From a virus (Duplodnaviria; Caudoviricetes), in IMG/VR virus record IMGVR_UViG_3300007735_000667, positions 1 through 35,713 of that record: a DNA stretch of 35,713 nucleotides; one strand, 5' to 3'. Of the stretch, positions 17,413 through 24,151 are shown one piece after another. A program made the position numbers and the translations under genes. Position 1 is the first letter of the stretch; every line of letters begins with the position of its first letter. The notes below the pieces were generated by a model that ran no database searches, was not told the DNA's origin, and was given only the letters and a program-made list of their open reading frames with translations.

Positions 17413-17425
17413 TCGATACTATAAA

Positions 17426-17737
17426 CTAAAATTCAAATTCTTTGTAATCATATCTCCCATTAGGCTTTTTATACCATCCAATTACTAACACCCGCCAATT
17501 TGATCTTAGCAATTCTGGCAAGATAGGCGATTCGCTTATTTTGCGGATACGAGTAGACATATTGTTTTTTGAGGTCAATTGTATTGCGATCGTTTCGCCT
17601 TGCCCAATAGCCAAAATATCGAATAGGTTGAACAAGTCTTTTTTTCTTTTTGTGAAACTGTTGTATGACTCGACTATATCGCATTGATAGCCTCTTTCTT
17701 GGAATAAAGCGACAGTTCGCTGATTAAGACTAGCCAA
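17426..17737 (-). CDS. PD-(D/E)XK nuclease, Holliday-junction-resolvase-like
   Basis: QERGY..VE..KDLFNLFDILAI..IAIQLTS motif. Start placed at TTG 17737 after GAGG. Confidence 0.65.
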   Translation of the reverse strand: MASLNQRTVALFQERGYQCDIVESYNSFTKRKKDLFNLFDILAIGQGETIAIQLTSKNNMSTRIRKISESPILPELLRSNWRVLVIGWYKKPNGRYDYKEFEF

Positions 17738-17927
17738 GATCCTCAGGATGAATCCTGCCCTCTGATGCAGTAATAATTGCTGCATGATGTTTTTTAGGGA
17801 TGCTGTTTCTCATTGACCATGCATAGACAGTTACATATTTCATGCCTAGCTTTTCTGCTAACTCTTTATATCCACCAAAGACTTCTAGCAGTTTGTCAAA
17901 ATGTTGTTTTTGTGCAACAGTATCCAT
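17730..17927 (-). CDS. Cro/YdaS-like HTH transcriptional regulator
   Basis: FGGYKELAEKLG..TVYAW...IP..I..ASEG..DL pattern. First gene of the leftward arm, with SD AAGGAG. Confidence 0.75.
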   Translation of the reverse strand: MDTVAQKQHFDKLLEVFGGYKELAEKLGMKYVTVYAWSMRNSIPKKHHAAIITASEGRIHPEDLG

Positions 17928-17951
17928 AGATTCTCCTTTTGTAGATCTTTG

Positions 17952-17980
17952 ATTCTACACCTAAACAGTATAAATCTACA
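17952..17980 (-). promoter_or_regulatory. Leftward early promoter TGTAGA-N17-TAGAAT
   Basis: Hexamers at 17980-17975 and 17957-17952, upstream of the Cro-like gene. Confidence 0.55.
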
Positions 17981-17983
17981 TAT

Positions 17984-17998
17984 TAGGGAAAGTCCCTA
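17984..17998. promoter_or_regulatory. Palindromic site TAGGGA-AAG-TCCCTA
   Basis: Perfect 6-bp inverted repeat between the divergent promoters. A related site TAAGGAAATCCCTA is at 11718-11731. Confidence 0.55.
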
Positions 17999-18007
17999 GT
18001 AAATAGT

Positions 18008-18036
18008 TCTACAAATCTCTACAAATGGTGTATAGT
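18008..18036 (+). promoter_or_regulatory. Rightward early promoter TCTACA-N17-TATAGT
   Basis: Hexamers at 18008-18013 and 18031-18036. Confidence 0.5.
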
Positions 18037-18073
18037 CATATCTAAGCAATGTTGCTTATTTCTGTGAAGGGAA

Positions 18074-18310
18074 ATGAAAATGCAAATGAAAGAAATTAAA
18101 TCAGAGCAAGGATGTGCCAAGATTGGATTTGGTATGTTTCATCCAGCTACAAGAACAACATATGAAGATCAAGAAGGCAAAAACTGGTTTAGTGTAACTG
18201 TGCATTGTGGATGCAGAGGAACAAAGGGTGGACATGACCCAAGATCAGGAGCTTGGAGATTTTATGAGGGTAAACAACCCGAATGTAAAAACAGCAGTAA
18301 GGTTAAATAA
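18074..18310 (+). CDS. Hypothetical early protein with Cys/His residues
   Basis: 78-aa ORF with SD GAAGGG, first gene of the rightward arm. Confidence 0.6.
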   Translation: MKMQMKEIKSEQGCAKIGFGMFHPATRTTYEDQEGKNWFSVTVHCGCRGTKGGHDPRSGAWRFYEGKQPECKNSSKVK

Positions 18311-18316
18311 TTAACA

Positions 18317-18339
18317 TCCCCCTTCGGGGGGAATATTTT
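18317..18339 (+). terminator. cUUCGg hairpin (weak terminator or processing/stabilising stem)
   Basis: TCCCCC-TTCG-GGGGGA followed by ATATTTT. Confidence 0.5.
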
Positions 18340-18349
18340 GGGGGAAATT

Positions 18350-18463
18350 ATGAAAGACTACAAAGGTGAATTAAAAGATATATTGGTAGGTGCAGTTGCA
18401 GCTCTACTGATGTTCGGTATTCCAATGGCAGTATATGTTTATAGAACTGGGGGGATTTCATGA
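18350..18463 (+). CDS. 37-aa single-TM peptide
   Basis: MKDYKGELKDILVGAVAALLMFGIPMAVYVYRTGGIS, with SD GGGGA and ATGA overlap to the next gene. Confidence 0.55.
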   Translation: MKDYKGELKDILVGAVAALLMFGIPMAVYVYRTGGIS

Positions 18464-18750
18464 ATAAATATGACTATTGGTTAGAAAGTGGTGCGGATCA
18501 ACAATGTATGGCAGATCAGCAAGAATATGTCTGGTCTGAATACATGAAGCCTGGCAAGCCTTGTGATCCAATGGACTTGGATAACTTCCAAGAATATCTC
18601 CTAGAAGCAACAGCATCTCATGCAGGATTTGAAAAATGGGAGAATCTCAGGCAATATGCTGATAGAGGTGAATGGGAAAAGTTTGGTCGGGCTATTTACT
18701 ATTTAGTCCATGACCATATCGAAAACAAACTAATTAGTGAGGAAGAATAA
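18460..18750 (+). CDS. Hypothetical protein
   Basis: 96-aa ORF coupled to both neighbours. Confidence 0.65.
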   Translation: MNKYDYWLESGADQQCMADQQEYVWSEYMKPGKPCDPMDLDNFQEYLLEATASHAGFEKWENLRQYADRGEWEKFGRAIYYLVHDHIENKLISEEE

Positions 18751-19286
18751 TGTCGAACTATATGGAACTTAGAAAGATTGATGTCTCGGATAAGATCGAG
18801 AAGAAGAATGGATTGTCTTATTTGTCTTGGGCATGGGCTGTAGATACATTGCTACAACATGATCCGACTGCTACTTGGTCTTATGGTCAGCCTGTAATGT
18901 TCGGTGAGACTGTCATGGTTTTCTGCACAGTCAATGCTTTTGGCAAGTCGATGACAGCACAATTACCAGTAATGGACTACCGCAATAAGGCGATACCTAA
19001 CCCTGATGCTTTTGCAGTCAATACAGCTATGCAAAGATGCCTAGCTAAAGCAATTGCTCTGCATGGTCTTGGTCTGTCTCTCTATGTCGGTGAGGATCTG
19101 TGGGATGATGTTGAGCCTGTCAATGCCGATGAGTTGATTGCCAAGATCCTATCAGCTAAAGATTTACCAGAGCTAAAAGTTCAGTTTGCATCGGCTTACA
19201 AAGAAGTTGCCAAGGACAAAGAGGCACTAAAAAAGGTCAATGATGCAAAAGAAACTAGAAAGGCACAGTTAAGTGAAACTAGCTGA
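18750..19286 (+). CDS. Sak3/DUF1071-family single-strand annealing protein
   Basis: IEKKNGLSYLSWAWA..LPVMDYRNKAI..VNTAMQRCLAKAIALHGLGLSLYVGEDL. Confidence 0.85.
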   Translation: MSNYMELRKIDVSDKIEKKNGLSYLSWAWAVDTLLQHDPTATWSYGQPVMFGETVMVFCTVNAFGKSMTAQLPVMDYRNKAIPNPDAFAVNTAMQRCLAKAIALHGLGLSLYVGEDLWDDVEPVNADELIAKILSAKDLPELKVQFASAYKEVAKDKEALKKVNDAKETRKAQLSETS

Positions 19287-19473
19287 TGAGCAGCCTGATA
19301 ATGTTTGTTTTGATTGTGGAGAGAAATGGGGTCTTAGACCACTAAAAAATGGGGAGAGTCATAGAATATGGATAGACCAATGCGATGTTTGTTCAAAGCT
19401 CACAGCAGTAGCAGATGCCTCGGAATATGGATATATGAAGGAAGGATGGGATGGAAACAAAGTGGTGTCATAG
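19273..19473 (+). CDS. Zinc-ribbon hypothetical protein
   Basis: VCFDCG..CDVC, GTG start. Confidence 0.6.
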   Translation: MKLADEQPDNVCFDCGEKWGLRPLKNGESHRIWIDQCDVCSKLTAVADASEYGYMKEGWDGNKVVS

Positions 19474-19606
19474 TTGCCAAGTTTTTAGGGCAAAAGATGG
19501 TTTTAAGTTGGTAGCAACAGGCAGCAGATTGAAACCAGTAAAAAGGTGGAAATGTGCATTTTGTTTAAAAAGGGAAGCGGAGAGAAAATATGCAAGCAGA
19601 AAATGA
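19451..19606 (+). CDS. 51-aa zinc-ribbon protein
   Basis: Hand translation METKWCHSCQ...RWKCAFC...ASRK. Confidence 0.55.
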   Translation: METKWCHSCQVFRAKDGFKLVATGSRLKPVKRWKCAFCLKREAERKYASRK

Positions 19607-19850
19607 ATTTTTCAGTAAAGCAAAAAAGATAGCAAAGCAGTTAGATGAAGGAACATACATCTACACACCTAGCAGCACCGACATTACGATTCGGTGGCGC
19701 AAACTGTATGGCTATGTTCCTGCTAGTGAACAGTTGAAGTATCAAAAGAAATGGGCTGAGTTCCGAGCTTTGGCTAATCGAACTTTAGCAGATGTAGAAC
19801 AGCCAGAGATGCCAGGAGTGGTTGCATGGAAAAAGTGGCAAAAGTCTTAG
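19590..19850 (+). CDS. Hypothetical protein
   Basis: YTPSSTDITIRWRK.YGYVPASE motif, SD GGAG. Confidence 0.6.
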   Translation: MQAENEFFSKAKKIAKQLDEGTYIYTPSSTDITIRWRKLYGYVPASEQLKYQKKWAEFRALANRTLADVEQPEMPGVVAWKKWQKS

Positions 19851-19942
19851 TTGAGATCGGGATTTACTTTTTCTTGCCTTTTGCGATAATAAAGGTATCT
19901 TGGGACTTATCTAAGTCCTGGGTAGAGGAGTTGATTAAATGA
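19826..19942 (+). CDS. 38-aa hydrophobic peptide
   Basis: MEKVAKVLVEIGIYFFLPFAIIKVSWDLSKSWVEELIK, with SD AGGAG and ATGA overlap. Confidence 0.45.
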   Translation: MEKVAKVLVEIGIYFFLPFAIIKVSWDLSKSWVEELIK

Positions 19943-20163
19943 GAAACAAGCATTGCATGGAAGCATTCTATAAGACCCTAAAGGAAGTAGATATTCCTGC
20001 TGGTCAATCCATGGTCTGTGAGCATTTTTTTGCTTGTGGATGGGATGCAGCCATTGATGCTTTATCTCTCGCATACCAAAGGCAGTTTGAAAATGATGGA
20101 GTCGATACTCAGCTTATTAGGCGAGAACCACAAGAGCCACCACCAGACGATGACCAAGAATGA
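19939..20163 (+). CDS. Hypothetical protein
   Basis: 74-aa ORF with SD GAGGAG and F..GWDAA motif. Confidence 0.6.
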   Translation: MRNKHCMEAFYKTLKEVDIPAGQSMVCEHFFACGWDAAIDALSLAYQRQFENDGVDTQLIRREPQEPPPDDDQE

Positions 20164-20356
20164 ATGGTATCCAGTTTGTTTCCACAATCGGTATGAATAC
20201 AAAAAATGGCAATACTATCAAAGATGGGGTGATGAGGTGGTTTCTATTTGTGATGACTGCACCGATGAGTATCAACAAAAAATGAAAAGAGAGGGCAGAT
20301 GCTTTATGGCAGAAGCCATGAGGAAATCTAGCAATAGCAAAAAATATGCAAAATGA
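20150..20356 (+). CDS. Hypothetical Cys-containing protein
   Basis: YPVCF..W..ICDDCT.EYQ..M..EGRC. Start placed at ATG 20150. Confidence 0.55.
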   Translation: MTKNEWYPVCFHNRYEYKKWQYYQRWGDEVVSICDDCTDEYQQKMKREGRCFMAEAMRKSSNSKKYAK

Positions 20357-20516
20357 ACCAGTATCTCAGGCAGTCATGATAATTACCGAGACAGAACCTT
20401 GTCGGTTTTCGGTAGAAATAGAGGGTAGTGAAACTTCTTTAGAAGTTGCACAAATTATGGTAAAGTTTCTAAGTGATTGTTTGGAGCAGATCCACAGGGA
20501 AACAAAGGTGCATTAA
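20346..20516 (+). CDS. Hypothetical 56-aa protein
   Basis: Hand translation MQNEPVSQAV...ETKVH, filling the gap before the exonuclease. Confidence 0.5.
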   Translation: MQNEPVSQAVMIITETEPCRFSVEIEGSETSLEVAQIMVKFLSDCLEQIHRETKVH

Positions 20517-20536
20517 GTGAATAGGGGAATGGGGAA

Positions 20537-21145
20537 ATGGAACAAAGAACAGAAGAATGGCATAAGGCTAGGCTTGGCAAAGTAACCGCTAGTCGGGTTG
20601 CAGATGTATTAGCCAAAATCAAAACAGGCGAGGCAGCAGCTCGGAAGAATTACAAGATGGAGTTAGTAGTTCAGAGGCTGACAGGCGAACCAGGCGAGTC
20701 TTTTACCAATGCAGCGATGGAATGGGGGACTGCCACAGAACCACAGGCTAGGATGGCTTACGAGGCTCATACAGGCAATTTTGTTGAGGAAAAGGGGTTT
20801 ATAGACCATCCGACAATAGAGTGCTTTGGATGCTCTCCTGATGGGGTTGTGGGGGAAGGCTTGATCGAGATCAAGTGTCCGAATACCGCCACCCATATCG
20901 AGACAGTCTTGGAGAATAAAGCTCCGAGTAAATATATCCCACAAATGCAATGCCAGATGGCAGTTACAGGTGCGAAATGGTGCGACTTTGTATCATTTGA
21001 TCCGAGAGTGCCAGAGGACTTGCAGTTGGTAGTAGTAAGGGTCGAAAGGGATCAGGAGTATATCGACTCTATGGAAGTAGAAGTAAAGCAGTTTTTAAGC
21101 GAGGTCTTAGACCTATTTAATCAATTGAAAGCGAGGCAGAAATGA
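20537..21145 (+). CDS. YqaJ-like / lambda-exonuclease family protein
   Basis: EQRTEEWHKARLGKVTAS, MEWG...EP.AR, SPDG..LIEIKCP and QMQCQM motifs. Confidence 0.9.
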   Translation: MEQRTEEWHKARLGKVTASRVADVLAKIKTGEAAARKNYKMELVVQRLTGEPGESFTNAAMEWGTATEPQARMAYEAHTGNFVEEKGFIDHPTIECFGCSPDGVVGEGLIEIKCPNTATHIETVLENKAPSKYIPQMQCQMAVTGAKWCDFVSFDPRVPEDLQLVVVRVERDQEYIDSMEVEVKQFLSEVLDLFNQLKARQK

Positions 21146-21399
21146 CCTATGAAATGAAAGATGGCAGCTTTAGTCTATTTAAGAATGACAAAAAGCTCAC
21201 AGAGAAACACCCTGACTATAAGGGTTCGATCAAGATCAATGGAGTTGAGCATTGGTTTGATGCTTGGTTGAAGGAAGGCAAGAAGGGCAAGTTTTTATCT
21301 GGTCGGATTGGAGATCCTAAGAAACAAGGATTTACTCCAAGAGGCAATGATGAGATGCCAAAGAGTAGTGGCATTCAAGATGACGATATTCCATTCTAA
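21142..21399 (+). CDS. Small SSB-like protein
   Basis: LFKN..HPDYKG..DAW..FLSG core and acidic C-terminus DDDIPF. Adjacent to the annealase and exonuclease. Confidence 0.7.
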   Translation: MTYEMKDGSFSLFKNDKKLTEKHPDYKGSIKINGVEHWFDAWLKEGKKGKFLSGRIGDPKKQGFTPRGNDEMPKSSGIQDDDIPF

Positions 21400-21410
21400 G
21401 GAGAATGATT

Positions 21411-21548
21411 ATGAAAAAGATAGCAATTGGATTAGTAACATATATGTTATTGCTCAGTAGTGCTTATGCTTGCACTACTCAGACTATAATTGTTGGTGGA
21501 AAAGTTACTACCTGCACAGTTTGCGGTAATGTTGTAAGCTGTATTTAA
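21411..21548 (+). CDS. Secreted 4-Cys peptide (45 aa with signal peptide)
   Basis: MKKIAIGLVTYMLLLSSAYA|CTTQTIIVGGKVTTCTVCGNVVSCI, with SD AAGGAG. Confidence 0.7.
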   Translation: MKKIAIGLVTYMLLLSSAYACTTQTIIVGGKVTTCTVCGNVVSCI

Positions 21549-21559
21549 ACCCCCAATGA

Positions 21560-21630
21560 GATCGGCATACAGAGGTGCAATGCCTCTACCCTTCACAAGG
21601 AGTGCCACCCCCCTTCCGATCAGGGTGGCA
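21560..21630. ncRNA. Candidate pseudoknotted RNA element
   Basis: TGCCACCC/GGGTGGCA stem whose loop CCGATC is complementary to GATCGG at 21560-21565, with two further hairpins between. Confidence 0.45.
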
Positions 21631-21632
21631 TT

Positions 21633-22052
21633 ATGAGCTTCCAAAAAGACCTACAGCGAGGATTAGAGATAGAAGAAAGGGTCTTGGCTATCCTACGAAA
21701 GAAATACCCATCAGCAAGCCTTATCAATGCTTTTAAGGGCTACGATATTTGGATTCCAGAAATAGACAAAGCAGTCGAGGTTAAGTATGACCCGATGAGC
21801 AAAGAGACAGGGAATATAGTTGTAGAGATTGAGATGTATGGAAAACCATCTGGGCTTATGGCAAGCCAAGCAGATTTTTGGGTTTTCTATGACGATGAGA
21901 TGTTTGTAATCATGCCAATCAAACATATATTTAAGTGTATATTTGACTGCAAGTTACAGTATGTAGAATTTGTTGGTAACGGAGATACCCGATCCAAGAA
22001 GGCATTTCTAGTAGATAAAAATACCTTATTTAAGTATGGCAAGATTCTATGA
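21633..22052 (+). CDS. PD-(D/E)XK nuclease-fold protein
   Basis: G...E, YDI..VEVKYD..TGNIVVEI..KPSGL..SQADFW motifs. Confidence 0.7.
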   Translation: MSFQKDLQRGLEIEERVLAILRKKYPSASLINAFKGYDIWIPEIDKAVEVKYDPMSKETGNIVVEIEMYGKPSGLMASQADFWVFYDDEMFVIMPIKHIFKCIFDCKLQYVEFVGNGDTRSKKAFLVDKNTLFKYGKIL

Positions 22053-22520
22053 AAGATAAAGTGCTTTTTCGTCTTTTCGCCTGTTTGTAAGTCCTTTTAA
22101 TTCTTTGCCACCTGCCTTATTCCACTTTAGAAACTCATCGGCAGCAGCCTCATATTCACCCCTGTTGTGTTTCATCCGAAGGGTAGAATTTTGGAGATTA
22201 CCAAGTCCAACATTGAAGGCGAATGATACAAGTGCGCCAAAGCGACCAGGATTAAGACCAGAAGGACATAATCTTCTAACTCCGCTTTCAAACCTCGCCA
22301 GATCTTGAGCAAGAATTTCATCTACTTCCCCCATCGTAAGTGTCCGATCCCATCCGATAGGAATAGGCAGAGCCTTCCTTTCTGCCAATGGGATTCGAGC
22401 ATGATTAGGATCTATGACATGACCGACACCGACAGTCCAAAGTAATGCAGGGCATTGGTATGGTCTTAATTTCACACCTTCATGGTGTTTAATCATTTCA
22501 ATGACTTTGTGGTCAATCAT
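22047..22520 (-). CDS. Endolysin, GH24 lysozyme
   Basis: HEG..L.PY.CPA..WTVGVGH, ALVSFAFNVG and W..AGG..L.GL..RR..E motifs. Confidence 0.9.
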   Translation of the reverse strand: MIDHKVIEMIKHHEGVKLRPYQCPALLWTVGVGHVIDPNHARIPLAERKALPIPIGWDRTLTMGEVDEILAQDLARFESGVRRLCPSGLNPGRFGALVSFAFNVGLGNLQNSTLRMKHNRGEYEAAADEFLKWNKAGGKELKGLTNRRKDEKALYLS

Positions 22521-23002
22521 TTTTTAGCAAATGCTTGAGTCCCGAACCAGAAGGCAATAATCGAGGCAAGGATCTGCATCTCATCGGCATCAAATACCAT
22601 AGGGATGGCTTCCATAAAAGCTGCTCCTGTAGTCCATGCCCACCAAATAGATGCAATGTCTACTACGATTAAAAGAAAAACAAACAGATATGTTACAACA
22701 GGGCGAACAGAGGCTCTGAGGTTAATAATCCATTGGCTTGCACCCTTGCCGATCTCAATGTCATGGGCATACATAGCACTTCTTTCTTGTGCCTGGGTCT
22801 GCATCTGCACTTGGTCTGTGCGGATTTCCTCAATCCTAGCCTGTGCTGCATAGCCTCTTTCTAGCATCTGGAGTTCTCTTTCCATCTGCATTCTGGCTAG
22901 TTCTAACTCATGGGATTTGTCTGATTTGTCTTGGAAGAAATCGAGCAGTTTAGGCAAACCACCCATTAGAAAAGATAAAGCTGTAGAGATTAGTGTAAAC
23001 AT
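22517..23002 (-). CDS. Holin-like membrane protein
   Basis: LRASVRPVVTY, TM segments and IIAFWFG at the C-terminus. Immediately upstream of the lysozyme. Confidence 0.7.
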   Translation of the reverse strand: MFTLISTALSFLMGGLPKLLDFFQDKSDKSHELELARMQMERELQMLERGYAAQARIEEIRTDQVQMQTQAQERSAMYAHDIEIGKGASQWIINLRASVRPVVTYLFVFLLIVVDIASIWWAWTTGAAFMEAIPMVFDADEMQILASIIAFWFGTQAFAKK

Positions 23003-23005
23003 TAT

Positions 23006-23458
23006 TTACCCTTTATGACCCCAAGTAAGGTAGTAAGCAATGACCGCAGCCAGAGCAAAGCACATGAGCATGACTCTACGAACCTCTGCCAAATCTTTCC
23101 TAAATTCATTTTCTATTTCCTTCTCTTGTTTTTCGATCTTTGCTTTTATGGCTTCTACTTCTGACCATCGCTTTTGACCATGTTGTTTGACAAAATCTTT
23201 TTTGACTTGTTCTTCTTTTAGTCTGATGTCTTCTTGTTTTTGCCATTGGATCATGGCTCTTTTGAAATACTGCTCTTTTAGAACTTCTGCTTCTTTTAAC
23301 TGCCTTCTACGATCTAATGCTTTTTGTTGTGCTACAGAGGCTGCTTCTTTTTGGACATCCTCGATAGACGAGCCAATAAGTTTGCCAGCCTCTTTCCCTG
23401 TCTTTATGCTTTCGCTAAAAGACTTTGCTCCTTCCAAAAACCCAAATTGATCGGACAT
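23006..23458 (-). CDS. Coiled-coil protein with C-terminal TM (lysis module)
   Basis: Charged helical body and hydrophobic C-terminus. Confidence 0.6.
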   Translation of the reverse strand: MSDQFGFLEGAKSFSESIKTGKEAGKLIGSSIEDVQKEAASVAQQKALDRRRQLKEAEVLKEQYFKRAMIQWQKQEDIRLKEEQVKKDFVKQHGQKRWSEVEAIKAKIEKQEKEIENEFRKDLAEVRRVMLMCFALAAVIAYYLTWGHKG

Positions 23459-23467
23459 ATATCATAG

Positions 23468-23680
23468 TTATTTTCTGAAAAAAAGATCTGCTAACCAAGT
23501 TACAAAGCCACCAAAAACAGAACAAGCACCCATAATTGCCCAGAGAGATCCTTTCGACCTTTCAGCCATAGCTAATAACTTTTTAATATCAGCTTCCATA
23601 GTATCTATCTTTTTTTCCATAGCTTCTACTTGGGCTACAAGTTTGCCATATTTGTAGATGTCGAAAGAATCTTCTGCCAT
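23468..23680 (-). CDS. XhlA/holin-like small membrane protein
   Basis: Short coiled coil plus one C-terminal TM segment. Confidence 0.55.
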   Translation of the reverse strand: MAEDSFDIYKYGKLVAQVEAMEKKIDTMEADIKKLLAMAERSKGSLWAIMGACSVFGGFVTWLADLFFRK

Positions 23681-23688
23681 TTCCTTAC

Positions 23689-23898
23689 CTATTGTTTATC
23701 TTTTGCTAAAGATTCCTCTAGCATCTTAATAAAAGCATCCTTACCTACTTTTAGCTGATCTAAGTTAAAAGTAGCAGATGCTATCTTTCTGTCTAAGTCC
23801 ACACAATGAGAAAATAATCCCTGTTGTTCTAGAGTTAAGTCATCGAACTGATACTCTACTTCATTGATAAAAATGGGGTTTGTTTTTTTCTCGCCCAT
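23689..23898 (-). CDS. Hypothetical protein downstream of the tail fibre
   Basis: 69-aa ORF with SD AAGGAG. Confidence 0.6.
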   Translation of the reverse strand: MGEKKTNPIFINEVEYQFDDLTLEQQGLFSHCVDLDRKIASATFNLDQLKVGKDAFIKMLEESLAKDKQ

Positions 23899-23922
23899 AT
23901 ATTCTCCTTGGTTGGTTAAAAA

Positions 23923-24141
23923 TTACTTACTGGCATCCTCTAAAGGCTTGAGGTTTTCTGTTGTCCAAAAGTCTTTGGCAAGCATAATCTTGAGATGCTC
24001 TTTATTCCGCTTTAAGCAGTCTGCCCACTCCTCATCGGTCATGTCCTCTGGTTGCCCAGCCTGAATCAGATTAACCGAATCAAGTGCCGCCTTATATGAT
24101 TGTGCTACTTCTTCGGGTGTTGGTTTGTTGTCATCAGTCAT
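23923..24141 (-). CDS. Hypothetical tail-fibre-associated protein
   Basis: DSVNLI..RNKEHLKIMLAKDFWT.E.L.P motif, SD AAGGAG. Confidence 0.65.
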   Translation of the reverse strand: MTDDNKPTPEEVAQSYKAALDSVNLIQAGQPEDMTDEEWADCLKRNKEHLKIMLAKDFWTTENLKPLEDASK

Positions 24142-24151
24142 TTGCTTCTCC

